Shown here: positions 47,088 through 60,021 of the stretch, one piece after another
Layout: every line of letters starts with the position of its first letter
Position numbering within the stretch: the first letter of the stretch is position 1
Assembly: GCA_003213715.1 (NCBI GenBank)
Contig: QCMN01000004.1
Location: 2,161-66,160, forward strand
Reading direction: 5' to 3'
DNA from: Pelagibacteraceae bacterium AG-422-B15
GTDB taxonomy: Bacteria > Pseudomonadota > Alphaproteobacteria > Pelagibacterales > AG-422-B15
DNA length: 64,000 bases
Translations under genes and position numbers: made by a program
Notes under the pieces: generated by a model
Database searches by the model: none
What the model saw: the letters and a program-made list of their open reading frames with translations, nothing else
Told to the model about the DNA's origin: nothing

Positions 47088-48197
47088 ATGAAATTAGAAC
47101 AAACAAATAGAATTATTATCAAAATTGGATCTGCACTTCTATTCAATCAAACTTCAGGAAGTCTTAATAAAGAATGGCTTAATAGTCTTGCTGAAGATGT
47201 TAAATATCTAAGAGAAAATGATAAAGAGGTTATAATTGTTTCTTCTGGAGCAATTGCGATGGGCGCAAAAGATTTAGATCTTGATATGAAAAATATGAAG
47301 ATGGATATGAGTCAAGCTGTATCTGCTGTAGGCCAAATACATTTGATGGGCTCATTTAAGAGTGCCTTTGAAAAAAATGAAATTAAGATTTCCCAAATTC
47401 TTCTTACCTTAGATGATACTGAACAAAGAAGAAGATCAATAAATGCCAGAAGAACAATAGATACATTATTAAAATTGGGTATTGTTCCAGTCGTTAATGA
47501 AAATGATACGATTGCGACAAGTGAAATAAGATATGGAGACAATGATAGACTTGCATCAAGAGTGGCTCAAATAACAAGTGCAGATTGTCTTATTTTATTA
47601 TCTAATATTAATGGCCTGTATTCTGCTGATCCCAGTACTGATGAGGATGTAAAATTGATAAACAAGGTAAGTGAAATTGATAAAGATGTTGAAAAAATGA
47701 TTGGGCAATCAATTTCGGATTACGGAAAAGGTGGAATGAAGACAAAAATTCAAGCCGCAAAGACAGCTATGCTATCAGGCTGTCACTTAGCAATTACTAA
47801 TGGTTCTATAATGAGACCTGTAAAGTCCTTATTTGAGGGACGTCCATGTACATGGTTTGAACCTACTAAGACCCCCTTGGCAGCACGCAAGCAATGGATT
47901 GCGGGAACAATGAAGCCCGTAGGTAAAATAATAATTGATGATGGAGCTGTTGATGCACTTAAAAAAGGAAGCAGTCTCTTACCAGCTGGTGTAAAGTCAG
48001 TAGAGGGAAACTTTGAGAGAGGAGATGTTATTGAAGTATTATCGGCCAACCAAAATAAAATAGGTATAGGGTTAGCAGGTTACGCTGCAGAAGAAAGTAT
48101 TAAAATTATGGGACACAAAAGTGATGAAATAGCTAACATTCTAAGTTACTCTTACAGAGAAGAAATGATACATAAGGACGATTTAGTTTTGATATGA
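47088..48197 (+). CDS. proB: Glutamate 5-kinase (with PUA domain)
   Basis: 369 aa. VSSGAIA, NENDT...DND.LA, and a C-terminal PUA domain (GDVIEV). Confidence 0.92.
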   Translation: MKLEQTNRIIIKIGSALLFNQTSGSLNKEWLNSLAEDVKYLRENDKEVIIVSSGAIAMGAKDLDLDMKNMKMDMSQAVSAVGQIHLMGSFKSAFEKNEIKISQILLTLDDTEQRRRSINARRTIDTLLKLGIVPVVNENDTIATSEIRYGDNDRLASRVAQITSADCLILLSNINGLYSADPSTDEDVKLINKVSEIDKDVEKMIGQSISDYGKGGMKTKIQAAKTAMLSGCHLAITNGSIMRPVKSLFEGRPCTWFEPTKTPLAARKQWIAGTMKPVGKIIIDDGAVDALKKGSSLLPAGVKSVEGNFERGDVIEVLSANQNKIGIGLAGYAAEESIKIMGHKSDEIANILSYSYREEMIHKDDLVLI

Positions 48198-49450
48198 GCA
48201 TAGAATTAGAATTAGAAAAGATGGGTGAAAACAGTGTTAGGGCCTCAAAAGACATTAGGTCTTTGAACGAAAGAGATAAAAATAATATTTTAAAATCAAT
48301 TATAGTAAGTTTAGAAAAGAATAAAAAAAATATTCTAGATGCTAATTCATTAGACATTAGTAACTCTGAAAATAGTCTTTCAAAAGCAATGGTTGATCGA
48401 CTTATGTTAGATGACGAACGATTTGATGGAATATTGTCGTCAATTGAAAATGTTATTTCTTTAGAAGATCCGGTTGGAAACAAACTTTATTCTAATAAAA
48501 GGCCAAATGGAATGTTAGTTGAAAGAGTGTCTGTTCCTCTTGGAGTTATTGGAATTATTTATGAAAGCAGACCAAACGTTACAGTTGATGCAACAGTTTT
48601 ATGTCTAAAAGCTGGCAATAGCGTAATACTAAGAGGAGGATCTGAGTGTTTTAATACTAACTCAGAAATGGTAAAATCTATACAAGGGGCTTTAAAGGAA
48701 AATTCTGTTAGCGAACATATTGTTCAATATGTTAGCACCACAGATAGAGCGGCAGTAGATTACATGCTTGCTAAAATGGGAAAATATATTGATGTTGTGG
48801 TACCTAGAGGCGGGAAAGGTTTAGTAAAAAAAGTTCAAGACACCGCAAAAATACCTGTTATTGGACATCTCGATGGAATATGTCATTTATATGTTGATGA
48901 AACATCAGATACAGAAATAGCAAGTAAAATCATAGAAAATGCAAAATTGAGAAGAACTGGAATTTGTGGTGCAGCTGAAACTATATTGATTGATGAAAAC
49001 TGTGTCGATACTCATTTACCAAAAATTATTACTGATTTAATTAATGGGGGCTGTGAAGTAAGAGGAGATAACGTATGTATGAAAATCTCAGACAAAGTTC
49101 TAAAAGCATCCGAAGAAGATTGGGGTACAGAATATTTAGATGCAATAATATCTATAAAGACTGTTAAAGGGGTAGATGAAGCAATAGAACATATTGCTAC
49201 ATATGGATCAGGTCATACAGAGAGTATTATTTCTGAAAATAAAGAGAAAGTTGAAAAGTTTTTAAATACCGTAGGTAGTGCAATTGTAATGCATAACACC
49301 TCAACCCAATTTGCAGATGGAGGTGAATTTGGTTTAGGTGCTGAAATAGGAATTGCTACCGGCAAATTGCACGCCAGAGGGCCAGTTGGATTAGAAGGGC
49401 TGACAACTTATAAATATATAGTGAGAGGAAATGGACAGGTTAGACCGTAA
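48194..49450 (+). CDS. proA: Gamma-glutamyl phosphate reductase
   Basis: 418 aa. IYESRPNVT, GHTE, STQFADGGEFG. ATGA overlap with proB. Confidence 0.92.
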   Translation: MSIELELEKMGENSVRASKDIRSLNERDKNNILKSIIVSLEKNKKNILDANSLDISNSENSLSKAMVDRLMLDDERFDGILSSIENVISLEDPVGNKLYSNKRPNGMLVERVSVPLGVIGIIYESRPNVTVDATVLCLKAGNSVILRGGSECFNTNSEMVKSIQGALKENSVSEHIVQYVSTTDRAAVDYMLAKMGKYIDVVVPRGGKGLVKKVQDTAKIPVIGHLDGICHLYVDETSDTEIASKIIENAKLRRTGICGAAETILIDENCVDTHLPKIITDLINGGCEVRGDNVCMKISDKVLKASEEDWGTEYLDAIISIKTVKGVDEAIEHIATYGSGHTESIISENKEKVEKFLNTVGSAIVMHNTSTQFADGGEFGLGAEIGIATGKLHARGPVGLEGLTTYKYIVRGNGQVRP

Positions 49451-50008
49451 ATGAAAATTGGCATTTTAGGAAGTTCATTTAATCCAGCACATTTAGGACA
49501 TTTAAAATTATCAGATAAGGCAATTCAAATTTTTGATCTTGATGAAGTCTGGTGGATGATCACAAAGCAAAATCCATTGAAGAAAAAAAATGATTATATG
49601 TCATTTGAAGACAGAAGTAATCAAGCAAAAAAATTAATAGGCAATAACAATATTAAACTGAAATTTTTTGAGGATATTACTAACTCAAATTATTTAATTG
49701 ATAATTTGAAACATATCAAATCTAGCTTTACTGAGGATGAATTCATATTTTTAATGGGTAGTGACTCTTTTGAAGAAATGGATAAATGGAAAAATTATTT
49801 AGATATTTTTGATCAAATGCCTATTGCTGTTTTTAATCGTAATGAAAAATTATATAATCCACTTACTTCCATAGCTGCGGAAAAATTTAAAAACAACCAA
49901 ATAAAATTATCTGATGCAAAGTTGATATTTACCAAATCACCTGCTTGGATATTTATTCGTGACTTCAATGTAAGTGAGTCATCAACTGCCATTAGAAATA
50001 ATAAATGA
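49451..50008 (+). CDS. nadD: Nicotinate-nucleotide adenylyltransferase
   Basis: 185 aa. GSSFNPAHLGHL (HxGH-type) and ISSTAIR-like ESSTAIR. Confidence 0.88.
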   Translation: MKIGILGSSFNPAHLGHLKLSDKAIQIFDLDEVWWMITKQNPLKKKNDYMSFEDRSNQAKKLIGNNNIKLKFFEDITNSNYLIDNLKHIKSSFTEDEFIFLMGSDSFEEMDKWKNYLDIFDQMPIAVFNRNEKLYNPLTSIAAEKFKNNQIKLSDAKLIFTKSPAWIFIRDFNVSESSTAIRNNK

Positions 50009-50328
50009 CGCAAATACTAAAAAAAATATTAAGTGATTTAGAGGATAATAAGGCTCTGGATATAGTCTCAATTGATATATCAAAAAAAACCTCACTAGCT
50101 GACCACCTAGTATTTGCAACAGGAACATCAAATAGACATATAAACGCGATTTCCCAATCAGTTCATAAAATGCTTAAAAGTCTAAATATTACACTGCCAT
50201 CAATTGAAGGAAATCAAGAAAGTGGCTGGATAGTAATTGATAGTGGTGACGTTATTATACATTTATTCAAAGATGAAATTAGAAAATTTTATAACTTAGA
50301 AAATATGTGGTCCGCAGAAATTGAATAA
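50005..50328 (+). CDS. rsfS: Ribosome silencing factor
   Basis: 107 aa. DHLVFATGTSNRH...WIVIDSGDVIIHLF. Confidence 0.9.
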   Translation: MTQILKKILSDLEDNKALDIVSIDISKKTSLADHLVFATGTSNRHINAISQSVHKMLKSLNITLPSIEGNQESGWIVIDSGDVIIHLFKDEIRKFYNLENMWSAEIE

Positions 50329-50339
50329 TTGATCCTTTA

Positions 50340-50774
50340 ATGAAAATTGAAATTCTACATTTTGATAAATTTAAATTTGATCATGAAGAACAACTACATG
50401 ATATTTATATAAAACGTATTTCACAGTTTAGAAACATTATAACTGATATAAAAACAGTAAAAATTAATAATAAAGGAATTGAAAATAGAATTGTTAAAAA
50501 GAAGGCCAATGAGTATTTTGTAAGTCTTGACGAGAAAGGTGAGCATTTTTCAACTGAAGACTTAAAAGTATTTTTATTTAATAATCATTTCAAAAGCTTG
50601 AAATTTATTGTTGGCAGTACTGATGGTATTCAGAAAGGCATACTAGAAAAAAGTAATAAGGTTATTTCCTTGAGTAAAATGACATTAACGCACTCATTTG
50701 CACTAATAATTTTATTAGAACAAATATATAGATCTGCTACTATTGTATCTAATCATCCATATCATAGAGTTTAA
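50340..50774 (+). CDS. rlmH: 23S rRNA (pseudouridine1915-N3)-methyltransferase
   Basis: 144 aa. SPOUT family with C-terminal LLEQIYRS..I..NHPYHR. Confidence 0.88.
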   Translation: MKIEILHFDKFKFDHEEQLHDIYIKRISQFRNIITDIKTVKINNKGIENRIVKKKANEYFVSLDEKGEHFSTEDLKVFLFNNHFKSLKFIVGSTDGIQKGILEKSNKVISLSKMTLTHSFALIILLEQIYRSATIVSNHPYHRV

Positions 50775-50776
50775 AA

Positions 50777-51925
50777 ATGAGAATTTTGTTTATTACGCTA
50801 TCGTTTGTTATATCACTTTTTAGCTTTAATTATATCTCTGCAAATAACCAAGATCTTTATAAAAAATTAGATGTCTTTGGGGATGTTTTTGACATTATAA
50901 AAAGTAATTATGTCGAGGATATAGATGACGAGAAGGTAATTGAATACGCAATTAACGGTATGCTACAATCATTGGATCCATTTTCAAGCTATATGGATTC
51001 AGAGATTTATACTGATATGCAAGAAGAAACTAAAGGCGAATTTGGGGGACTTGGAATTGAGGTAACAATGGAAAATGGGTATGTAAAAGTAATTTCCCCA
51101 ATTGATGACACTCCGGCTGCGAGAGCAGGAATGCGCCCCGGTGATTATATTACACACATTGATGAAATTGACGTGCTTGGATTAACGCTAAGTGAAGCTG
51201 TTGAACTTTTACGAGGGCCTGTAGGTAAATCATTAACAATAAAAGTGGTTAGAATCGGAGAAGAAGACCCCATAGATGTGACATTAAAAAGGGCGGTTAT
51301 AACTGTACAAGCAGTTAAATTTAAGGCTGAGGGTAACATTGGATACATAAGATTAATATCATTCAGCGAACAAGCCGATAAAGGCATTAGAAATGCTGTA
51401 AAAGAATTATCAAACAGTATCGGAAAAGATAATATTGAAGGCTACATAATTGATTTAAGGAATAATCCTGGTGGTTTATTGGATCAATCAGCAAAAGTTA
51501 CAAATAACTTTCTTAAATCTGGTGAAATTGTATCAATAAAGGGAAGAGATAAAAATGATATATCAAGATTTACAGCGTCAGGTGGGGACATTGCTAACGA
51601 TAAGCCAATTATTGTTCTTATAAATCAGGGATCTGCATCAGCATCCGAAATTGTTGCGGGTGCGCTTCAAGATCATAAACGCGCAATTATTGTTGGAGAA
51701 CAATCATACGGAAAGGGGTCAGTTCAAACGATCTTTCCATTAAAAGATTCTAGTGCCATCAGAATGACAACAGCGCTTTATTATACACCCTCAGGTGACT
51801 CTATTCATAGAGTTGGAATAACTCCAGATATTGAAGTTGAATATATTTATGATGAAGATGAAGAAACCGATAATCAATTAAATTATGCTCTAGATCTTTT
51901 TGATAAAGAAAAGATGGTTGAATAA
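50777..51925 (+). CDS. ctpA: Carboxy-terminal processing protease (S41)
   Basis: 382 aa. Signal anchor, PDZ domain (DDTPAARAGMRPGDYI), catalytic GSASASEI and K (YGKGSVQT). Confidence 0.9.
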   Translation: MRILFITLSFVISLFSFNYISANNQDLYKKLDVFGDVFDIIKSNYVEDIDDEKVIEYAINGMLQSLDPFSSYMDSEIYTDMQEETKGEFGGLGIEVTMENGYVKVISPIDDTPAARAGMRPGDYITHIDEIDVLGLTLSEAVELLRGPVGKSLTIKVVRIGEEDPIDVTLKRAVITVQAVKFKAEGNIGYIRLISFSEQADKGIRNAVKELSNSIGKDNIEGYIIDLRNNPGGLLDQSAKVTNNFLKSGEIVSIKGRDKNDISRFTASGGDIANDKPIIVLINQGSASASEIVAGALQDHKRAIIVGEQSYGKGSVQTIFPLKDSSAIRMTTALYYTPSGDSIHRVGITPDIEVEYIYDEDEETDNQLNYALDLFDKEKMVE

Positions 51926-51952
51926 AATTAATATTTTCAGCAACAGAACAGA

Positions 51953-52423
51953 ATGGATCAAAAACCAAGATATAGAAGAGGAGTTGGAATGGTCATTCTC
52001 AACTCTAAGAATCAAATTTTTATTGGACAAAGATTTGATAAAGATAAATCAGCTTGGCAGATGCCACAAGGTGGAATTGATAAAGGGGAAAGTCCTGCAA
52101 AAGCTGTTATACGAGAAATGAAAGAAGAAACTGGAATTAAAAAAAATTATAAAATTATATATGAATGTAAAACTTGGTATTTTTATAAACTTCCTTCTTA
52201 TTTAAGAAAAAAACTTTGGAAAGGTAGATTTATTGGTCAAAAACAAAAATGGTTTATAATAAGTTTTACTGGAAAAGATGAAGATATAAATATTAAAACA
52301 AAAAAACCAGAATTTAAGAAATGGGAATGGTCTACACAAGATAATATACTAAAAAAAATCGTTCCCTTTAAAAAAAGACTTTATACAAGCATATTTAAAG
52401 AGATTAATAATATTGATGGTTAA
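51953..52423 (+). CDS. rppH: RNA pyrophosphohydrolase (Nudix)
   Basis: 156 aa. YRRGVGMVILN, and Nudix box (GGIDKGESPAKAVIREMKEETG). Confidence 0.88.
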   Translation: MDQKPRYRRGVGMVILNSKNQIFIGQRFDKDKSAWQMPQGGIDKGESPAKAVIREMKEETGIKKNYKIIYECKTWYFYKLPSYLRKKLWKGRFIGQKQKWFIISFTGKDEDINIKTKKPEFKKWEWSTQDNILKKIVPFKKRLYTSIFKEINNIDG

Positions 52424-52806
52424 TTTAAAAGAAGTTTTAAACTATCAATTTTTTTCTGAATTTTCATTTTTTGGGCTTCATCAGCGGCATCAAGAGCTGA
52501 AGAATAATTCTCAATTTTATCATTAATAAAATCATTATTCAGAGCAGCTTCTTCATCCAAACCTACTGCTATAACAAGTAGCTCGTTGTTAGAGAATTTA
52601 ATAAAGCCCTCTTCAACAAACAATGATTGTGTTTGATCTGAATTAGTTACTTTTATGATTCCTGGTCTAAGAGAGGTAATAATATTTGAGTGATTTGGAA
52701 GCACTCCAAGATCACCTTCCGCACCAGGTAAGACAACCATTTGAGCATCACCCTCAAGGTATATTTTTTCAGGCGTTACTAATTTATAGTTAAATTGATC
52801 AGACAT
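52420..52806 (-). CDS. atpC: F1 ATP synthase epsilon subunit
   Basis: 128 aa. Position and sequence (LVTPEKI...VVLPGAEGDLGVLPNH) fit the end of atpHAGDC. Confidence 0.93.
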   Translation of the reverse strand: MSDQFNYKLVTPEKIYLEGDAQMVVLPGAEGDLGVLPNHSNIITSLRPGIIKVTNSDQTQSLFVEEGFIKFSNNELLVIAVGLDEEAALNNDFINDKIENYSSALDAADEAQKMKIQKKIDSLKLLLN

Positions 52807-52811
52807 TCAAG

Positions 52812-54248
<1,437 letters not shown>

Positions 54249-54252
54249 TTAA

Positions 54253-55137
54253 TTAAACTGCTTCTGCTCCAGAAATTATCTCTATAAGCTCTTTAGTAAT
54301 AACAGCTTGTCTGGAACGGTTATAAAATAGTGTTAAATTGTCAATCATATCAGACGCGTTTCTTGATGCATTATCCATAGCGCTCATTCTAGCGCCTTGT
54401 TCGCTGGCTGCACTTTCTAGTAAAGCTTTAAATATTTGTATTGTAAAGTTCAGCGGGAGTAGTTCATCGAGTATTTCACTTTCACCAGGCTCAAATTCAA
54501 AAAAAGTATTGTCATTTTTCGTTGTATCTGACTCGTTTTCAGGAATATCAATTGGAACAATTTGTTGTTCAGTTGGAATCTGAGATATTACTGATTTAAA
54601 CTTATTATAAAAGATAGAACATTTATCAAATTCTTCGTCAAAATACATTTTTATTATTTTGTTAGCTATATTTTTTGCATCCTGATAAGAAGCAGACTTA
54701 ACAGATCTCATATCAACAACTTCGACAATTTTTTCTTCATGCTGTCTTTTGATTATGTCATAACCTTTTTTTCCTACACATATAATTTTTACTTGTTTGC
54801 CTGACTCCTCAAGACTTGCTACTTTATCTCGAAGTGATTTAGTGACAATTGAATTAAATCCACCACACAGTCCTCTCTCAGATGTAAAAAGGATCAACAT
54901 ATGAATTGAGTCCTTATTATCTCCGGTTAACAAATTTCTTTCATTTGAAGTTGGAGAGTACCCAGATGATATAGATGATATAAGATCTTCCATAGTCTCA
55001 GAATAAGGACGACTTGACTCAGCAGATTCTTGGGCACGCCGTAATTTTGCAGCCGCAACCATTTTCATGGCTTTAGTTATTTTTTGAGTAGACTTAACGC
55101 TACCAATTCGTTTTTTTAGATCGTCTAAACTTGGCAT
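54253..55137 (-). CDS. atpG: F1 ATP synthase gamma subunit
   Basis: 294 aa. MPSLDDLKKRI.SVKSTQKITKAMKMVAAAKLRRAQ, and C-terminal ITKELIEIISGAEA. Confidence 0.95.
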   Translation of the reverse strand: MPSLDDLKKRIGSVKSTQKITKAMKMVAAAKLRRAQESAESSRPYSETMEDLISSISSGYSPTSNERNLLTGDNKDSIHMLILFTSERGLCGGFNSIVTKSLRDKVASLEESGKQVKIICVGKKGYDIIKRQHEEKIVEVVDMRSVKSASYQDAKNIANKIIKMYFDEEFDKCSIFYNKFKSVISQIPTEQQIVPIDIPENESDTTKNDNTFFEFEPGESEILDELLPLNFTIQIFKALLESAASEQGARMSAMDNASRNASDMIDNLTLFYNRSRQAVITKELIEIISGAEAV

Positions 55138-56664
55138 TTACCTATTTTTTTTAAATTCTTCAATTATTGATGTTAATTTAGTGGAAGTATCATCGTTCAA
55201 GTCTCCAGATGAATTGATAGACTCAATAATATCTGAATGAGATGATTTTATAAGTTCAAATAGATCTTTTTCGAAATCCCTTATCTGATTCAACTCCAGA
55301 TCATCTAAGTAACCGTTCACACCAGTAAAAATTGAAACAACTTGCTCTGCAATTGTCATCGGTGAATACTGGTTTTGCTTTAATAGTTCGGTAAGTTTTG
55401 AACCTCTATTTAACAGCTTCTGTGTCGAGGCATCTAGGTCTGAACCAAATTGGGCAAATGCTGCCATTTCACGGTACTGGGCCAGTTCAAGTTTTATCGA
55501 GCCTGCAACCTTCTTCATCGCCTTGGTTTGCGCTGCAGAACCAACTCGGGATACACTTAAACCTACATTAACTGCAGGTCTGATACCTTGGTTAAACAAT
55601 TCAGTTTCTAGAAAAATTTGACCATCAGTGATTGAAATCACGTTTGTTGGTATAAATGCACTAACATCATTTGCTTGAGTTTCAATTACAGGCAACGCTG
55701 TTAATGAACCACCTCCATTTTCATCATTCATCTTGGCTGCTCTCTCAAGTAATCTACTGTGAAGATAAAATACATCTCCTGGAAATGCTTCACGTCCTGG
55801 AGGTCTTCTAAGAAGTAATGACATTTGTCTATAAGCTACTGCTTGTTTTGATAAATCATCATAAATTATTAAAGCATGCATTCCATTATCACGGAAATAT
55901 TCACCCATTGAACAACCAGTATAAGGAGCAAGAAATTGCAGTGGAGCAGCGTCACTTGCTGTTGCTGCAACAACTGTAGTATATTCCATGGCACCAGCGT
56001 CTTCTAAGGCTTTCACTGTTTGAGCAATCGAAGATCTTTTTTGACCTATACCAACATAAATACAATAAAGTTTCTTAGTTTCATCGCCAGTTTCATTAAT
56101 AGATTTTTGATTTATGATAGTATCAATAGCAATTGCTGTTTTTCCAGTTTGTCTGTCACCAATAATTAATTCACGTTGCCCTCTGCCAATTGGAATCAAG
56201 CTGTCGATCGCTTTAAGACCTGTTTGCATTGGTTCAGATACTGATTTTCTTGGTATTATACCTGGCGCTTTAACTTCAATACGGCTTCTATTCTGTGACT
56301 CTATATTTCCTTTTCCATCTATTGGATTTCCAAGTGCATCTACAACTCTTCCAAGCAACTCTTTACCTACTGGAACATCAACAATAGAATTTGTCCTTTT
56401 AACTGTATCACCTTCTTTAATATTTGCATCACTTCCAAATAGCACAACACCTACATTATCATCCTCCAGATTAAGGGCCATTCCTCTTGTACCATCATCA
56501 AACATTACCATTTCACCGGCCTGAACATTATCAAGTCCATAAATTCTTGCGATACCATCTCCAATTGAAAGAACTTGACCAACTTCTGTAATTTCAGAAT
56601 CAGATCCAAAATTTTTAATTTCTTCTTTGAGTATTTTTGATATTTCTGATGGTTGTATGTCCAT
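55138..56664 (-). CDS. atpA: F1 ATP synthase alpha subunit
   Basis: 508 aa. Walker A GDRQTGKT. Confidence 0.97.
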   Translation of the reverse strand: MDIQPSEISKILKEEIKNFGSDSEITEVGQVLSIGDGIARIYGLDNVQAGEMVMFDDGTRGMALNLEDDNVGVVLFGSDANIKEGDTVKRTNSIVDVPVGKELLGRVVDALGNPIDGKGNIESQNRSRIEVKAPGIIPRKSVSEPMQTGLKAIDSLIPIGRGQRELIIGDRQTGKTAIAIDTIINQKSINETGDETKKLYCIYVGIGQKRSSIAQTVKALEDAGAMEYTTVVAATASDAAPLQFLAPYTGCSMGEYFRDNGMHALIIYDDLSKQAVAYRQMSLLLRRPPGREAFPGDVFYLHSRLLERAAKMNDENGGGSLTALPVIETQANDVSAFIPTNVISITDGQIFLETELFNQGIRPAVNVGLSVSRVGSAAQTKAMKKVAGSIKLELAQYREMAAFAQFGSDLDASTQKLLNRGSKLTELLKQNQYSPMTIAEQVVSIFTGVNGYLDDLELNQIRDFEKDLFELIKSSHSDIIESINSSGDLNDDTSTKLTSIIEEFKKNR

Positions 56665-57224
56665 TAAGCGACCTCTTTCATTTTTTCTTTTAATGTTTGG
56701 AGTTGATTTTTAATACTGCTATCAATCATTTGACTACCAACTTGTATTTTAAGACCCCCTATTAAAGTCTCATCAACTATAGTGTTAATATTAAATTCTG
56801 AATTAAACTTATCTTTGAGTTTATCCTTAATATGTTTTAATTCTTCTTCTTTCAGAACTTTAGCTGAAGTAATTGTTGCTGACATCTCACCCTTGAGTCC
56901 TGACATTAATTTCTCAAATGAATTAATTATATCCATTAAGTAGTTTATTCGGTTTTTATTAATTATTACTCCAATAAAATTTTTTGCCAGCTTGGACATT
57001 TCAATTTTCTCAGAAAGTGAATTAAAAAAATTAAATTTATTAGATTTGCTGATTGAAGGATTCTTAACCATGGATAGTAAAGAATCATCTTCATTCAGTA
57101 TTTTTTTTAAATTTAAAAGTTCACTAGAAACAGTTTCGAGTACTTTGGCCTCTTTTGCCAGCTGAAATAATGCATTAGCATATCTATCAACTGATGCGAT
57201 TTGTCTTGTACTTGCGTTGGCCAT
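56664..57224 (-). CDS. atpH: F1 ATP synthase delta (OSCP) subunit
   Basis: 186 aa. [10 protein letters not shown], and a C-terminal [19 protein letters not shown] block. Confidence 0.9.
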   Translation of the reverse strand: MANASTRQIASVDRYANALFQLAKEAKVLETVSSELLNLKKILNEDDSLLSMVKNPSISKSNKFNFFNSLSEKIEMSKLAKNFIGVIINKNRINYLMDIINSFEKLMSGLKGEMSATITSAKVLKEEELKHIKDKLKDKFNSEFNINTIVDETLIGGLKIQVGSQMIDSSIKNQLQTLKEKMKEVA

Positions 57225-57308
57225 TATGTGGAAATTCCCTAAAAATTCACTCTTTCCGTACCATTAACTCTCATATTTTTCAAGTATAGGAATGTCGCAA
57301 TTTGAATT

Positions 57309-59303
57309 TTATACAAAGCTAAATGGGTCGATATCCACAGATATGTTTACGCTCGATAATGATTTGGAATTCTTGAGCCAAGCATTGACTATTTTTTGCA
57401 TATTTCTGGCTTTTTTGTCGTGTATCAAAAATCTCTGTCTGTGGCGTCCTTTTAACTTGGATAATGGGGCTGGCGCAGGGCCATATATTTCAAGTTCTGA
57501 AATATTTGGAATAGAACCAAACATGATACTGCATTGCTCCCTCACCTTGGCAATATTATTTCCACTAACAATTATTGCTGCCATTTTTCCTGAGGGTGGA
57601 AGGTTATTAAGCTTGCGATAATATATTTCATTTTCATAAAATGCATCTCGATCTAATTGTGCAAGAGACTGAATAGTTTCGTTTTCAGGATAATATGTTT
57701 GAATAATCACTCTTCCTTTTGTTTGAGCCCGTCCCGCTCTTCCGGATACTTGGTATAAGGCTTGATAAGTTTTTTCAGAAGCTCTCAGATCACCACCTTT
57801 CAATGTCATATCCGCATCAATTATTCCAACACATGCAAGGTTAGGAAAGTGATAACCTTTAGTTATAAGTTGAGTTCCAATAATAATATCATATTCATGA
57901 TCTTTAATTTGTTTTACCTTAATTTCTAATTCATCTTGCGATTTTATATGATCACTAGAGAATAGGCATATCTTTGCCAAGGGAAAAGTTTTTGAAATTT
58001 CTGTAAATATTTTTTCAATGCCGGCTCCATAATCAATAAAGTGGCTATCATTATTTTGACATGAAGGACACTCTAAGCCCTTAGTTAAAATACTATGACC
58101 ACAGTGATGACATAGTAATTTTTTATTATTTAAATGTTCTACTAAGTAACTTGAGCAGTTTTTACATGTTATTTTATGACCACATGACTTACAAATAATT
58201 ACGGGTGCATATCCTCTTTTGTTGATATAAAGCAATGTCTGCTGTTTTTTTTTCAATGTCTGACTGATTTCTTTAATGAGTCTTTCAGATAACCATTGAT
58301 CTTTTTTTAATTTTTCCTTTTTCATATTAACTATGAAAATTTCATTTTCTTCTTGATTAAAATACTTATTTTTGATCGAAACTTTATTATATTTTTTATT
58401 CATTACATTGAAAATTGTCTCGAGTGATGGGGTAGCGCTTGCTAAAATAATTGGAATATCTTCTATTGAACTCTTAACGACTGACATATCCCGTGCGTGG
58501 TATATACCTTGTTCTTCTTGTTTATAAGAGCTGTCATGTTCTTCATCTAAGACAATCATTGATAGGTTTTTGTATGGTAGAAATAAAGAGGAACGAGCAC
58601 CAACAATAATTTGAGAAGTGCCATCAATAATGCTCTTTAATACTTTTGTTTTATAAGCAGTACTTATCTTTGAGTGCCAAACTACTGGTGAAAATCCAAA
58701 TCTTTCTTCAATTCTATTTACAAAATCTCCTGTCAATGAAACTTCTGGGAACATAATTAAAACTTGTTCACCGTCTTTAACAAAATTTTTTATAACATCA
58801 AAATAAACTTCTGTTTTTCCAGATCCAGGGACACCATCAAGTAGGACAGGCTTAAAATTTCGTTGTTGAAAAATTTTTAGTATGTCTTGAGAAGCCCTTT
58901 TTTGCTCCAAACTTAGCTTTATTGGCTTAACATTTTTTTTTATATTCGAAGTGAGTTCTTTTGTTTTTTTCTTTTTAAAATAAAATTTACTATGCGACAA
59001 AATCATTTTGAGAACTAAACCTCTATCAATTAAATTGTAGTTACTAACCCAATTTAAAAACTTTATCATTTTTGAATTCAGTCTATGTTCGGATGAAATT
59101 TCTGTTATAAATTTCAACTTTATTTTTGAATCGTTTAAAACACTGTTTACTTTGGTGATAACTCCAATTTTTTCTCCTGAGCGCAAAGGAGCTAAAACAA
59201 TCATTCCAACTCTAGGTTTTTCAATACTTTCATGTTTATAGGTAAATTCTTCACTTACATTGTGAGCTAATAAGACATCTATATAGTAAATAATTTTATT
59301 CAT
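57309..59303 (-). CDS. priA: Primosomal protein N' (replication restart helicase)
   Basis: 664 aa. Walker A GVPGSGKTEVY, DEEH box, and a Cys-rich zinc insert (CKSCGH..C.NC...CHHCGH...CPSC). Confidence 0.92.
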   Translation of the reverse strand: MNKIIYYIDVLLAHNVSEEFTYKHESIEKPRVGMIVLAPLRSGEKIGVITKVNSVLNDSKIKLKFITEISSEHRLNSKMIKFLNWVSNYNLIDRGLVLKMILSHSKFYFKKKKTKELTSNIKKNVKPIKLSLEQKRASQDILKIFQQRNFKPVLLDGVPGSGKTEVYFDVIKNFVKDGEQVLIMFPEVSLTGDFVNRIEERFGFSPVVWHSKISTAYKTKVLKSIIDGTSQIIVGARSSLFLPYKNLSMIVLDEEHDSSYKQEEQGIYHARDMSVVKSSIEDIPIILASATPSLETIFNVMNKKYNKVSIKNKYFNQEENEIFIVNMKKEKLKKDQWLSERLIKEISQTLKKKQQTLLYINKRGYAPVIICKSCGHKITCKNCSSYLVEHLNNKKLLCHHCGHSILTKGLECPSCQNNDSHFIDYGAGIEKIFTEISKTFPLAKICLFSSDHIKSQDELEIKVKQIKDHEYDIIIGTQLITKGYHFPNLACVGIIDADMTLKGGDLRASEKTYQALYQVSGRAGRAQTKGRVIIQTYYPENETIQSLAQLDRDAFYENEIYYRKLNNLPPSGKMAAIIVSGNNIAKVREQCSIMFGSIPNISELEIYGPAPAPLSKLKGRHRQRFLIHDKKARNMQKIVNAWLKNSKSLSSVNISVDIDPFSFV

Positions 59304-59361
59304 AAATTTTGTTTGAATCTCTAACTATGATATAAATATATCAGTCAAAATATTATTTGTT

Positions 59362-60018
59362 ATGGAATTCTTTTTAGATACAGCAGATGTAGAAGTAATT
59401 AGAGAATTTAAAAAAACCGGCTTGATTAATGGAATTACAACTAATCCATCATTAGTGGCCAAATCAGGAAAAGATTTTAAAAAAATACTTCAAGAAATTT
59501 CTAAAATGATAAAAGGGCCGATTAGTGCTGAAGTTACGGCCATTGAATGCAAGGGAATGATTGCAGAAGCAAAAATACTATCAAAAATATCTAAAAATAT
59601 TGTTATTAAGTTACCTTTAACAGAAGAAGGACTTAAAGCTTGTAAGATACTAAGCAGCAAAAAGATCAAGACCAATGTAACCCTATGTTTTTCAGCTGCA
59701 CAGGCATTAATTGCTGCTAAATGTGGAGCAACATATATATCTCCATTTGTTGGACGGTTGGATGATATAGGTGAAAATGGAATGAGCCTAATTAGAGAAA
59801 TCAAAGCGATATATTCAAATTATAAAAATATTAAAACAAAAATATTAGTTGCTTCAGTTAGAACTGTTGATCATGTTATTGAGTCTGGAATGATTGGTGC
59901 TGACGTAGTCACCTTGCCGCCTGCAACGCTTGAAAAGCTATATAAGCATCCCTTAACAGATAAGGGTTTAAAATCTTTTCTCGATGATTGGAAAAAAACA
60001 AATCAAAAAATTCTTTAG
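59362..60018 (+). CDS. tal: Transaldolase, short form (type 3B / fructose-6-phosphate aldolase family)
   Basis: 218 aa. [19 protein letters not shown], and the Schiff-base Lys region (VIKLPLT). Confidence 0.88.
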   Translation: MEFFLDTADVEVIREFKKTGLINGITTNPSLVAKSGKDFKKILQEISKMIKGPISAEVTAIECKGMIAEAKILSKISKNIVIKLPLTEEGLKACKILSSKKIKTNVTLCFSAAQALIAAKCGATYISPFVGRLDDIGENGMSLIREIKAIYSNYKNIKTKILVASVRTVDHVIESGMIGADVVTLPPATLEKLYKHPLTDKGLKSFLDDWKKTNQKIL

Positions 60019-60021
60019 TGT

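Noticed and set aside
56114-56524. Long antisense ORFs inside conserved genes (56114..56524 in atpA; 46295..46657 in obg; 10689..10964 and 11601..11933 in the RND gene; 57292..57621 in priA; 59490..59804 in tal; several in etfA, ecm and mcd)
   Set aside because: All lie opposite strongly supported genes. They have a low-complexity or Ser/Pro/Leu-rich shadow composition and lack SDs. No independent evidence supports them.
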